Source: Eledone cirrhosa (lineage: Eukaryota). From it: a DNA stretch of 64,000 nucleotides. Location: assembly GCA_964016885.1 (NCBI GenBank), contig OZ024744.1, forward strand, positions 114,390,001 through 114,454,000. Reading direction: 5' to 3'. A program made the position numbers and the translations under genes. This document shows, piece after piece, positions 26,775 to 39,259 of the stretch (position 1 is the first letter of the stretch; each line of letters starts with the position of its first letter). The notes under the pieces were generated by a model that saw only the letters and a list, made by a program, of their open reading frames with translations, was not told where the DNA came from and ran no database searches.

Positions 26775-29735
26775 GGCAACGACAGTATCTTGGTGACAGC
26801 AAAGATATTAACAAGAACAAAACACCACCAAAAATACCATCATATATAACTAAAATAGAAAAAAGATAGGATATGTGACAATGCTCCTTACATGCAAACA
26901 AACACAAAAAAAAATTCACTCCTCACCAACAAAGAGTGAAAAACAAAATAGAAACGATGTTGGTAACAGTAGAACCAGAACTCTTCAATATAAGCTGATC
27001 AACATCAAACAGGAATTGAGAGCTGTCAGCGAAAAACACTGATACCCGAGGAAGGTAGATGAAAGAAAAGTGCTTAATAAAAGATTCAGACGAAAACAAA
27101 CATCAGTCTATATAGATATGAAGGGCAAAATAATAAGTGTCACTGAGGCCCCATCCCAGAAAGACATAGATTCCTTTTGGAGAAAAATATGGGGTGAAAA
27201 GAAGAATTTCAACCAAGATGCAGTGTGGCTAAAAGAAATCCAAAAGTACTATTGCTCCTACACTACAACAAAAACATATGAAATAAGTGAGGGTACCCTT
27301 GAGACTGTGATAGGAAAACTCCAAGATATAAAAAAAAACACCAGGAAGAGACATGATTGTCGGCTACTGGTACAAAAAACTGATATTCTATCGGAGGTAT
27401 CTTACTGACCTCTACCAACAAGCTCTCAAGAGAGATACACTTATACCAGAATGGTTGACATTATCACAAACGTTACTAGTCCCCAAGAACAAAGGCACCC
27501 ACTTGGCAAAAAACTACTGACCCATTACATGCCAGAACCTGATGTATAAGATATATACAGCCTGCCTGAACCTATTCCTCCAAGATCACTGTGAAAATAA
27601 TAACATCATCACAGAAGAACAAGCAGCTGGAAAGAAAGGGGTTTGGGGATGTGCTGAACAACTCCTAATCAACAAAACTGCGATGTCGGAGGTGCGACAA
27701 CTTAGGAGGAATATAGCTATAGTCTGGCTGGACTACAGGAAAGCTTTTGATTCTGTTCCCCACTCTTGGATGATAGAGGCCCTCCAACTTGTTAAAGTCC
27801 CAGACATTATTATGAGAGTCATAGAGAGGCTGTCTTCTTCTTGGGCTAGTATCCTAAAGTTAAAGACATAGAAGGAGGACTCTATTTTCACTGATAAAAT
27901 AAAATATCACAGGGGTATATTTCAAGGAGACAGACTCTCTGTGATATTATTTATCCTGTCATTAAACCCCTTGTCCTTTCTGCTGAAGAAATGTGAAGGA
28001 TACATCATTGGTTCACAGGAGGACAGAAATACGAACTTAACCCATAATTTCTTTGTGGACGATCTGAAACTCTATGCCAAGAACATGGATGGGATGAAGA
28101 AAAATCTTGACCTGGTTACAACGTTCTCAAAGGATATAGGAATGGAGTTTGGCCAAGATAAATGTTCTTATATGACTGTTAAGCGTGGAAAAACAACAAC
28201 CCAATCTAGCAACATTGTCATCAATGGCTTAACTGTCTCACCGATATCTGATGAGGACTGGCTGCTACAGGTACCTGGGGATAGATGAGAATATATCCTA
28301 TAATGGTATCTGTAATAAGGAATGCGTAACCAGGGAATACTACACCCGATTAAGAAAAATATGGTCATCGGAACTCTCTGCGCACAACAAAACAGTGGCT
28401 CACAATGTGTTGCTGTGCCTGTCCTAACACCAACGTTTGGAATACTCAATTGGACGATAGACGAAATCCGGGCAATTGATGTTAGAACTCGAAAAATATA
28501 AACAACACCGGAATCTTCCACATCAACAGTGACATAGACTGCCTTTACTTGAACAGGGAGGCAGAGGCCTAACATGAGACCAGACAGCATTTCAATGTCG
28601 CATCATATCCCTCCGACAACATATATGAACCTCAAAGCGTAGGAGCCCGTCTCTCGAGCAAGTCTATCTGCATGATACAGTTAAGATCATGAGAGTTGGG
28701 AAGGAACTCCTAGAGAGATATTCTCTGTGTGATAATCAAAAACTCACACCCAGGGAAGTCGCTTAGCAGTATTGCAGTGAATCTATGGATGAAAAACTGC
28801 ATGCTTATGAGTTATGCATGGATATGTTGCCAGGAAGCTCCAGAGTGAGAGTAATATAGATAAGGAAAGTAGTCTATCTTGGACCAACAACCGCTATATT
28901 GGCTCCCACTTTGAAGGATACGCTTTTGCAATCCAAGAACAGGAAATCAACACGAAATACCTGATTCACAAAAGAGATAGGGATGCAGGCAAAATACCTA
29001 GATGTGACAACAAGTGCAGACTCTGCAGAATTACCATCGAAGATGTCACCCATATTATAAGCAGCTGTCCAAAGACGTCATCGCGGTTCTATCTACCTAT
29101 AAGGCATGATGTAGTGGCCAAAACACTGTACAATGCAATCCGTAGAAAAGATAGCCTCGATAATAAACACATTAAAAGCTACAGCAATGTGGAAGACATC
29201 CATGTACATAATATGAAAGAGTACTGGCAGAATGTTCCAGTAAAAACCTCAATAAAATGCAGGCATAACAGACCAGATATTATGATATGGAACAGGGAGA
29301 AGAAAGCATTCACAGTAGTGGAAGTTAGCTGCCCAGCAGATGACAATATAATATCAAAGATTAGTGAAAAGGAGAATATTTATGCAGAGCTGGGCTTCAT
29401 AGAAACAGAAAGAACACGACTAGTTAGGAAATTACAAGTACAATCCATTAGTGGAACAGTAAAAATATGTAAAACATTCCAAAAATTCTGCATCTAATAA
29501 CTGCATATACACATGTACTGATACAAAGCATATTCACATGCACACATACAACTCAAAACAAACACATCCACACATACAATAACATCCATACCTGCACACA
29601 CATGCATGCATGCAGATATGCATACATATCTCCCTAGTTGATGTGTAAATTCCAATGAGAGAGTATTGTGTCTATGTTAGAAACCGACTTTCTCGCTATT
29701 GGCAAAATTTTGTGAAATTATAAAACCAGAAGAAT
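26775..29735 (+). mobile_element. R4/Dong-type RLE non-LTR retrotransposon family A, 5'-truncated, pseudogenised, (CATA)n tail
   Basis: WLDYRKAFDSVPHSW, GIFQGD, FFVDDLKLY, CRLC...HIISSC, RHD and RPDI motifs with many stops/frameshifts. Flanked on both sides by CATA repeats. Confidence 0.9.
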
Positions 29736-29974
29736 ATACATACATATATACATACATATATATATATATATACACACACATACATACATACATACATATA
29801 TACATATATACATATATACATATATACATACATATATACATACATATATATATACACACACATACATACATATATAGATAGATACATACATACATACATA
29901 CATACATACATACATACATACATACATACATACATACATACATACATACATACATACATACATACATACATACA
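29736..29974. repeat. (TACA)n/(TA)n microsatellite
   Basis: Directly visible. Confidence 0.95.
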
Positions 29975-30430
29975 TGATGGCTGCAAACTCTGCCAAGAGT
30001 ATTGCAATCACTTGTCAGATTCAGATGTGGGATGCCTGGAAATGGCTTTTCAAGCCTGCTAGAGACTTGCACTCTTTCACACATTGACGACAACTATGGA
30101 TCTCCCTGGCCTCAGGTCTTGCATCAGGTTGCCTGTGAACCTTCACAATACCATGGAGATCATAGTTCACTGGTTCTCTTTGAACATGGCTGCGACTGTG
30201 GCTCCTGACATCAGATTTGCTCAAGCAATTGTTTCCTCACTCAGGGCACTTCAATTCAATGGAGCCACCGATCACTTCAGGAGATACACCAGGGCATTGC
30301 TTATGCACATCCCGTTTGATCTTCTCATGTTCTATGTGCCTGTCCTCAAAATTATGGACCCCATCATTCACTAAGCCACGCCAAGTTTCTCTTTCAAGAG
30401 CCTCTATCTCCCAGTCAGCCACCATCAAAC
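29975..30430 (-). mobile_element. RTE-like LINE C-terminal fragment
   Basis: WEIEALERETWRGLVNDGV..LKCPECG and CRQCVKECKSLAGLKSH zinc-finger-like tail. Confidence 0.7.
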
Positions 30431-30442
30431 CATACATACATA

Positions 30443-30842
30443 TACCTTCAGATTTATACTTGTGATTATTGGGGCACTAGTAAGTAACTGCCTCAATACA
30501 AATCTTGAGAAGCTGAGCTTCACAGGAACAGAAAGAACACAACTAGTTAGGAAATTACAAGTACAATCCATTAATGGAACAGTAAAAATATGTAAAACAT
30601 TCCAAAAATTCGGCATCTATTAACTATATATACACATACAGATACAAAGCATATACACATGCACACATATAACTCAACATATACACATTCACACATACAA
30701 TAACATCCATATCTACACATGTATGCATGCAGACATGCATACATGCATACATGTCTACCTATTTGATGTTGTGTAAATCCCAATGAGAGAGTCTTGTGTC
30801 TATGTTAGAAACCGACTTCTCTCTATTGGGAAAAATTTATAA
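30443..30842 (+). mobile_element. 3' fragment of R4-type family A
   Basis: Aligns to 44865-45250 (FRF..VI.GAL, SINGTVKICKTFQK, 3' UTR). Preceded by CATACATACATA. Confidence 0.88.
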
Positions 30843-30844
30843 AA

Positions 30845-31035
30845 TAATTGTTTCTACATTTGGCACAAAGCCAGCAATCATCCCAGTTCATTACTGGTAC
30901 TTTATTTTATCGACCCCCGTAAGGATGAAAGGCAAAGTTAACCTCGGCGGGATTTGAACTCAGACCATAAAGGGCCGTAACTCTATGCGTCAAAGCATGG
31001 CGTCCGACCCTCTACCGATACTGCCAATCCACTGC
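30845..31035 (-). mobile_element. tRNA-derived SINE
   Basis: Same family as 19311-19492. Confidence 0.88.
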
Positions 31036-31588
31036 CATATAGTATTTATAACATTACATACATGATGATGGCTGTAACTCAATTTGGAGTAATGCCATCA
31101 CTTGATACTTAATCATGACCATCACTGACGTGACCTTTTAGTCCTGCTAGGGACTTGCCTGTGGCCAGCAATACCATGTATCGCAATAAATGTCACATAT
31201 CAAGTGATGTCTGTGCTTGAAGTGTTTACAAGTGAGGAAAGGCTTTGCACGGAGCCAGTCCCACTCTCTGAACATCCAATGTATTTAACCCAAAAAGAAG
31301 AACTGGTCTACATTATTGGATACAAATGAAGTCGTAGATTTTATATTAGAGTGACCTTCTCCTAGAGAGATGTCTTAATGAAGACTAGGGATCCCTCATT
31401 CCACAAGAAAAAAAATACATACATAGAAGCAGACAGGCAGACGGACAGACTACAGACAGACGGACAGACTACAGACAGACTGACAGATAGATAAATAGAT
31501 AGATAGATAGATATATTGATCTAGAGATAATGGGGTAATATTTAGCCTGAAAGTTGTAAATATGGAATACAATGAAATGAAGACCAAC

Positions 31589-31780
31589 CATAGAGGGCAG
31601 CATTTCTCCATTTGAATTTTTCAAATAAGTTCACAATAAATGATCCGACTGCATTGAAAGGCGATGTAGTTCGGATCAAAGTTTTAAATGTTTCTTTATC
31701 TGCAAAAACTGCTTCTGTTGATCCCCATGTTATATGTGGAATATTTCTGTAAGCTGTGAAGTAGCTCACCGCCAAATTTA
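31589..31780 (-). CDS. Exon (phase 1/1) of the ANF-receptor-domain protein
   Basis: Acceptor ttgcag|TA; donor TATG|gttggt (less certain). Encodes VNLAVSYFTAYRNIPHITWGSTEAVFADKETFKTLIRTTSPFNAVGSFIVNLFEKFKWRNAALY, with the NIP.I.WG, F.TL.RT and F.W motifs of this domain. Confidence 0.88.
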
Positions 31781-32039
31781 CTGCAATTCAAATATAAGAA
31801 AATATATATATATAGAGAGAGATAAACTTATATGTAGATACTTAAGTTTCATTAAACCCAATGAAAGTTAAGTATTTATATACATATGCCACTATTGTAA
31901 CTGATTATACATAACTCACCCAACAGATTGGGTGCTATAAACCCTTGGTTTGTACTAATATATGTGTGTGTGTGTGTGCATGCTAAGTCCCCAAAGCAAG
32001 GGTACTGATGTTTTATTTAAATGTATATTAGACATACAA

Positions 32040-32390
32040 GAAATTACAAGTTATCTCCTTCAAAATACGACCCTTAGGAAGTCCCTCAGTGGTTCCAACC
32101 TCTTTTTCCATTGATCCTAGCAGTACTGAAAATCATTTTCTGTGAGTGTCCTTGTCAATTGCAGTTATTTTGTATGTTTTTCACAGTCCCTAAAATGATG
32201 ACCCTTCAACTTTGATTTCAACTTATGGAAGAGGTAGAAATCACACGGAGCTAGATCTGGATGGTAGGTAGGATGTGAAAGACAGAGAATCATTTTCTTC
32301 ACCAGAAATTCTCTAATTGAAAGTGTTGTCTGAGCAGGTTGCATTATCGTGGTGTAGTACCCAATCTCCTGCAATGTCGACTTGATGGAC
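32040..32390 (-). pseudogene. Mariner transposase C-terminal remnant
   Basis: HPTYHPDLAPCDFYLFHKLKSKLKGHHF resembles the mariner YSPDLAP.D motif. Confidence 0.85.
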
Positions 32391-32439
32391 CTGTTTTTGT
32401 AGTCATCCACAGATGTTTCACAACACATTCAAGTGGTCA

Positions 32440-33155
32440 TTGTTCTACTGTACCTGTTGAATGAAGAAATATCTGAACGTTGGGGTGGGGGCGGTCTTTA
32501 TTCCAGCAAATCAAACTGCAGATGGAATATCAAAACGTATTCTAGAACAATTAGACATAATCCTTCAAGGAAATAGACAAAAACCGATAGCTTAGACATT
32601 TGATGGTTCAAATGTCATGAAAGGAAAAAAGCAGGAGTTCAAGCAAAAATAAAAGTAGCTTACAGTAATGGACATTTCATTCACTGTAAATACATCAACT
32701 TAATTTAATAATGAGAAATGCAGCAAAATATTACACGGACTGCAAGAATATTTTTCTCTAACATTTTAGCTATTCCAACCTTCTGCTCAAGATCACCACA
32801 ACATGTATCCACTCTCAAGAAACATATGGACGTCAGAATTCCTCGTCCGTCCTCTACAAGGTGGAGCTTTAAAATACGGACCGTAAACAGAGTTTATTAA
32901 AGTTTGCAGCCTTTAAAAAGCTGCCTTACTGTCAACATCAAATGCCGATCAAACCATTGCAGAAGCAACAGGAATTTAAAAATGAATGATGATAATTTCA
33001 TATTTTGGTTAGAGTTTTTTCATCAGTTTATGATCCATGTGAAGTAATTTACAACCAAATGCAATCTCGAGAAATTAGTGCGTTTAAATTCAATGAATAT
33101 ATAACAGATTTCAAAACTGTTATTTTAGAAATAAGAAACTCAAAGTACTGTGCTA
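32440..33155 (+). pseudogene. hAT-family (ZMYM1-like) transposase remnant
   Basis: QTADGI..., TFDGSNVMKGKK.GVQAKIK..., FIHC..HQLNL and PSSTRW motifs, broken by stops/frameshifts. Confidence 0.75.
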
Positions 33156-33164
33156 AGTATAGTG

Positions 33165-34350
33165 GCTTATTCTTCTCTAAGAATCTCTTGTAGTTGTCTC
33201 ACTAAGAAGAGGGCATCTGTTGTACTTTTCCCAGGCACAAAACCAAACTGCATCTCATCTAATTTGACCCTTTCTTTAATCAGATGCGCTAATATCCTTT
33301 CTGCCACTTTCATAACCTGATCCATCAGTTTTATACCCCTATAATTGCTCCTCTCCAGAGCATCTCCTTTACCTTTGTAGCAATTTATGAGAATACTGCT
33401 GCATCAGTCTTTGGGTATGACACCACCATATATAGCTTGATTGACGATGCGTGCAACCAGTTTAGTGCCTACGTCCCCTGAGGCCTTCAGTATCTCAGCA
33501 ACTATCCCTGACGGTCCAGCTGCCTTACCATTCTTCATTTCCTTAATTGCCTCTTGTACCCTATATTTGTCAATCTCATTAGCTGGTCCCTCTGTCGGAT
33601 CTACTGAGGGTAATTTCTCTCTCTCCCATTCGTTCTCCACATTCATCAGTCTCTCATAATGACATTTCCAGGCCTCCTTTTTCTGATCATTCGTGACACT
33701 AAGTACACCAGCATCATTCCGGACACATTTATCTCCAACAACATCTTGATTTACACTGACACACTGCCTTGCAATGCGGAACACCACACGCCTCTGATCT
33801 TCCCGTCGCAGAACATTGGCAAACCTCCTACTCTCAGCCTCCCTGCGTGTTAAGTACACCTGATGTCTAGCTTCTCTCTTAGCGGCTGTATATCCTTCCC
33901 TACTCCCACCCTTTTTCCAAGCCTTCCATGCTAGTCTTTTGTCTCTAATGGCCCTATCTACCGTGATGTTCCACCACCAGGTCACTCTCTGTCTGGTTGG
34001 AGCTCTGCTCCAGCCACAAGTTTCATCAGTAGCCAGCAGTAAATTGTCACGTAAGAAATTCCAGTTATTATCTGTCATACGACTCTAAATCATCTTTTTC
34101 GTCATACACATCTTGAAGGGCTTTCCTAAATTTATATTTAAGTGAAAGGTCTTTTAGCTTCCAAACCTTTCTTTTCCACACCTTCCTATGTGTCTCATCC
34201 TGTCTCTTGCTTATTGAGATGTCACTAACGACTAACCTATGCTGTGGGGTACATTCTTCCCCGGGGTATCCCTTAGTATTTGACACCATCTGTCTGTCTC
34301 GCTGTCTAACTAGCAGAAGTCAATCTGGCTTATGTGCTCACTTGATTGGT
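33165..34350 (-). mobile_element. RTE-clade LINE internal fragment (end of endonuclease, linker, start of RT)
   Basis: PQHRLVVSD, TWWWN, AWKCHYERLMN, KAAGPSGIVAEILKA, then KGKGDALERSNYRGIKL. Confidence 0.9.
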
Positions 34351-34739
34351 AGGTGGTTTCATATATATATATATGAGGTTATAGTGTAATACTTGACTAT
34401 TTTCATTGGTAAGATGTTAAGATGAGATAAGCTTGATGTACTTTACCATCCTCTGTTATTCAGGAGTGAAAAGAAACTGGGTGAATTAAAGGCAGTTCAG
34501 GTAGCAGAACATTTAAACATGCAAATTCTAAGAAAGCCAAGTATGGATAATTATTATTTATTTAGTCATCTCTATGAACGTTTCAATGCAACTAGAATAT
34601 CACATCCATTTGTAGAGAAAGTGAAGATTACCAGTTAACAACAAACTTATGAGTGCTTTATCCCAGCTGTATACATTCAGGAAATATATATAATAAAATA
34701 ACAAATTAGTATCATGATAAATATAAAAAAAAAGAGAAG

Positions 34740-34910
34740 ATTCAATGTATGGAGCATATTGGTAGGTAGTCGGCAGGAATTTGCAGATGACATGGTGTTA
34801 CTCGACAGAAGGTGATCTCCGACTTGCACTGGTTAGGTGTGACGCCAAGTGCTACATGGCTGGAATGAAAATCAGTGCTGTGAAAGCTGAGACACTCATC
34901 CTCTCATGGG
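34740..34910 (+). mobile_element. Short degenerate LINE RT fragment
   Basis: tttgcagatgacatggtgttactc translates FADDMVLL, followed by GMKISAVKAE. Confidence 0.5.
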
Positions 34911-35127
34911 TATGTGCTTAGAATGTCCCAGGAAAGAATTGCTGGGCAAAAACTATATAATTATATATATAATAACTAGAAATTGATTAACATATATATA
35001 TACATGAATAATCACAGGAGATAATTTTTACAAGTGTGTAACCACGCATGGCTAGTTGGGTAACAAATAAATAAATTAGATTTAGATTAAATTCATTTAA
35101 TTTATCTTAATTTTGGATATAGATATA

Positions 35128-35181
<54 letters not shown>

Positions 35182-35185
<4 letters not shown>

Positions 35186-35325
35186 AAATGTGGTTGGTGT
35201 TAGGAAGGGCATCCAGCTGTAGAAAAACCGCCAGATAGTCCTATGCGAGCAAGATAACCACTCTTGCCTCAAGTGGGAAAACCCTCCGTCCAAACCCATG
35301 CAAGCGTGGAACACGGACGTTAAAC

Positions 35326-35360
<35 letters not shown>
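35182..35360 (+). mobile_element. RTE-associated SINE-like 3' fragment with (GAT)n tail, inserted in (TA)n
   Basis: Near-identical to 38985-39148; ends GGACGTTAAACGATGATGAT. Confidence 0.85.
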
Positions 35361-35420
<60 letters not shown>

Positions 35421-35459
35421 CAAGTATTGCACCAAGAAAATTATAGACTTCGGCGAGAA

Positions 35460-36398
35460 AAGAAATTAGGAATTTATTTGCTTTAACATATGTTTCTCTG
35501 CCTATTATAATTGTCTACATGTGCTGACTACAATATATATATTGTTCAATCATATGCAATACTGAATTATTTATCCCACATTTTCAGAAAGTTTAAAATA
35601 CACATATGTATGTTGAGGATAAAAGTAAGTTAGAGGGAGGGGGTGGGGGGTAAAGAGTTTCACATTATCAATCTGCGTGCTATGAAGTGGAACAATTTAT
35701 CCTTTGATCATTGATATGGCAGTGTTTGGCATGTATGGTCAAGAGGGCAGAGAAGGGAAAGAGAGAAGGACAGAAAATGGTGAAAGTTAAGAATAGGATA
35801 GAGGATAGAGTGGAGACAGGGGAGAAGGAATTAAGAAATTAAGAATGTTTTGAAGACTATTGAATTCTTGGGTAAAAAGTTAGGAAATGTACTAAATATA
35901 CCATATCACACCCCCTTGTTTAAGCATTCATTGTTTAAGCATTCATTCAATGAACGAAAAAACGAAGATAATAAGTCATATGTGGAGCGTGGAGAACAAT
36001 AGCACGCAAAGACAAAACCACGTAAATGGTATAGCTATTGTTCTCCACGCTCCACATATGACTTATTATCTTCGTTTTTTCGTTCATTGCCAGAGAACGT
36101 CTCTATGCACCACCTAAGAGAACATTAGTCTACGATCTCTTTTATACCATAAACGTGGTTTTGTCTTTGCGCGTAATTGTTTTTCACCGCTCCTATTAAT
36201 GACGTATTATTCGTTTTTTCCCGTTCTTTGCCAGCGAACGTTACCACGAACCAAAGTATCGTCTTCCTGTCTTCCTCCGGTTGCAACGTTTTTTGAAATA
36301 TCCAGTTCTGCGTTTACAGATTGACTTTGTTAGTTTCAGAAGATCCCGTTAAGGGTGAAAGCAGCGATTCTTTGCTTAAACTTTAATCTGTTATTTTA

Positions 36399-36400
<2 letters not shown>
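35460..36400. mobile_element. Probable Penelope-like (PLE) termini back to back, with a central inverted repeat and hammerhead-like motifs at both outer ends
   Basis: Hammerhead-like motifs at 35481-35591 (-) and 36332-36382 (+). Perfect 56-bp inverted repeat at 35948-36089. No RT or GIY-YIG ORF seen. Confidence 0.45.
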
Positions 36401-36442
<42 letters not shown>

Positions 36443-36732
36443 TAGCATTAAAGCCCGGCGTTGCTCGGGGTCATTAAGTTACCAAAGTTAGGTTGCACCA
36501 CCCATTTTATGGCAGCACTTTTTTGTCTGCCAGGCACTGGGTGAATGAATTGCAGACCTGGAAGCATGAGCTGCGCCAGCAGTGACAATAGTAGTTTCGC
36601 CTATGGATTGTAGTTTCGTCTGTGCAAAAAAGTGTTGAAATTTATTGTTTCACAGTACTTGCGCAACACGCGCGTAGACCATGCCAGCCGAACAACAGAG
36701 CTGCGATGGAGTTGTTCTGCATGGTTGTCTGT

Positions 36733-37282
36733 GTGTTTTCTAAATTTAAGACAGTAGGGAGGGGTGTGATATAGGGGAGAGTTAGCTGCTGTTTCTAGCA
36801 GGTTTAGTGACCTCATAGAAGATATGTTTTCTAAATTTAAGACAGTAGGGAGGGGTGTGATGTGGGGGAGAGTTAGCTGCTGTTTCTAGCAGGTTTAGTA
36901 ACCTCATAGAGGATATGTGTTTTCTAAACTTAAGACAGTAGGGAGTGGTGTGATATGAGGGAGAGTTAGCTGCTGTTTCTAGCAGGTTTATTGACCTCAT
37001 AGAAGATATGTTTTCTAAATTTAAGACAGTAGGGAGGGGTGTGATATGGGGGAGAGTTAGCTGCTGTTTCTAGCAGGTTTATTGACCTCATAGAAGATAT
37101 GTTTTCTAAATTTAAGACAGTAGGGAGGGTTGTGATATGAGGGAGAGTTAACTGCTGTTTCTAGCAGGTTTATTGACCTCATAGAAGATATGTTTTCTAA
37201 ATTTAAGACAGTAGGGAGGGGTGTGATATGGGGGAGAGTTAGCTGCTGTTTCTAGCAGGTTTAGTGACCTCATAGAGGATAT
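36733..37282. repeat. 91-bp minisatellite, 6 copies
   Basis: GACAGTAGGG at 36750, 36841, 36934, 37025, 37116, 37207. Confidence 0.95.
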
Positions 37283-37448
37283 TATTGTTTATCATTATCT
37301 ATAAAAGGTAGATTGTTGTTGTTGTTGTTGAAGTGAGTGTGTTTGTATGCGTTTGGAAAAGAGGTTTTAAAAAAGATTTATCGCTTGTTGTTGAATAAAT
37401 GTATCTGTTGCTTTTGAATAATTGTCGTTTCGTATGAAATGTAATAAT

Positions 37449-37504
37449 TGTTTCTACTTTTTTGGCACAAGGCCAGCAATTACCCAGTACATTACTGGTA
37501 CTTT
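37449..37504 (-). mobile_element. 5'-truncated SINE with 10-bp TSD
   Basis: SINE 3' end; TSD ATGTAATAAT at 37439 and 37505. Confidence 0.8.
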
Positions 37505-37894
37505 ATGTAATAATAAACGTTCTCTATCTCTCTCCCTCTTACTCTCTTCTCTCTCTCTCTTCGGCAATCACGCACGTTGTCAGATGATATGAGAGAGTAA
37601 AACGGACAGTATCACCATCAAGCTTGGAAAGAGAAAGTAGCAGAAAGTATGAAGTTGTATAGATTTTGAATGGTAGTGGAAAGAGTTTAGCAGTTTAAAT
37701 GACAGAGGAAAATCGTAAAATATTGAGTTTTATCTATTTTTTGCGTAATTGTGGGTGAAATTGAAAAAATTAGATGTGCCAAGACGCAATCGATGCTATT
37801 TCGAATACTGAATTGTAAATTTCAATTGAAGAAATTCTATATCGTAGATTTCTATAAGAAAGGAGCATGACCACACACTGAGCTTTATAGATTA

Positions 37895-37949
<55 letters not shown>

Positions 37950-38439
37950 CATATATATGTATATATGTATATATGTATATATATATATATGCATATATAT
38001 GCATATATGTATATATGTATATATGTATGTATATATGTATATATGTATATCATTGTCATCATTTAACATCCACTTTCCCTGCAAAGTAAGAGTTGGACAG
38101 GTTGACAAATACCATGTCAGTACTGAAGTAAGGCTACTGATCTCCCAGAAAGGCCAATGGGGAGGGAGGGAGGGGGGGGGGGGGGGGGGGTTTGCACCTC
38201 ACTGTCTTACAGTCTATGTATGTATGTATGTATGTATATTTGTATGTGCGTATCCAGAGGCATATCTATGGTATGACAAGCATGGCACGTGCCATGCTTG
38301 TCACTCCCTGGACTAGGAGCACAATCTATAAAGGTCAGATAAGCCTCGTCAGAGAGTGAAGAAATAAACTCCTTCAGATGTCTCATCTGTCTCTGTCATG
38401 GGTGAGAACACTATGGTGGCTGGATTATTAAACCATTTA

Positions 38440-38508
38440 CGGGGTCGATAAAATAAAGTACCAGTAATGCACTGGGTAATTGCTGGCCTTGTGCCTAAAG
38501 TAGAAACA
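38440..38508 (+). mobile_element. 5'-truncated SINE with 16-bp TSD
   Basis: GGGGTCGATAAAATAAAGTACCAG core; TSD ATTATTAAACCATTTA on both sides. Confidence 0.85.
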
Positions 38509-38584
38509 ATTATTAAACCATTTATATAAATTATTAGGCCTACTACATGTGTATGTATGCATGTCATATGTATGAATGTATGGT

Positions 38585-39252
38585 GGATGCTGAAAAGTTC
38601 CTGGTTTTGGGTAAAATAGAGAAGGATCAGATAATTATGATTTTATTCAACATATTCAAGTAAAACCTACTACAGTCAGTAGGCATCTCTAACAAAATAC
38701 ACCCCACCCCCACCCCCATCCACACCGCCCCCTTTCAATGTAAAGTTATGTTGGTGCCACAACATCCAGTCCGAAACAAATGAGATCGTGTAGGTGTCAC
38801 GACAAAAAAAACACACAGTCCACGCTGTAATGTGGCCGTGTAGGCAACACGGTAAAAACCTCCCAGACCCACACTGTAAATGTGGTTGGTGTTAGGAAAG
38901 GCATCCAGCTGTAGAAAACCCGCCAGACAGTCCACGCTGTAATGTGGCCGTGTAGGCAACACGGTAAAAACCTCCCAGACCCACACTGTAAATGTGGTTG
39001 GTGTTAGGAAGGGCATCCAGCTGTAGAAAACCCGCCAGACAGTCCTATGCGAGCAATGACAACCACTCTTGCCTCAAGTGGGAAAACCCCCGTCCAAACC
39101 CATGCAAGCGTGGAACACGGACGTTAAACGATGATGATGATGATGATGATATTCCCCTCACTTAGTGCAGGGGTCCTGCCACCCCCACCCCCTGTAAAGG
39201 TAACAACTCAACCGTTTCATGATACCCTCCACCAGAAACCTTCCAGCACCTC
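38585..39252. mobile_element. Mariner-type MITE interrupted by an RTE-associated SINE-like element (38658-39148)
   Basis: Imperfect TIRs GATGCTGAAAAGTTCCTGG / CCAGAAACCTTCCAGCACC. The insert has TSD ATATTC, a (GAT)n tail and an internal ~110-bp tandem duplication. Confidence 0.65.
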
Positions 39253-39259
39253 TTCATAT

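Larger units (their letters stand above)
36442..37897 (-). mobile_element. Non-autonomous Helitron-like element carrying a 91-bp minisatellite, inserted in (TA)n
   Basis: Minus strand starts A|TCATAATCTATAAA and ends with GC-rich hairpin CCCGAGCAACGCCGGG then CTAG|T. TA repeats on both flanks. Confidence 0.72.

Noticed and set aside
29677-30011. MYVC/IYIY/HTHT/CVCV ORFs here and at 35.1, 37.8, 39.2, 41.5 and 45.2 kb
   Set aside because: Translations of microsatellites.
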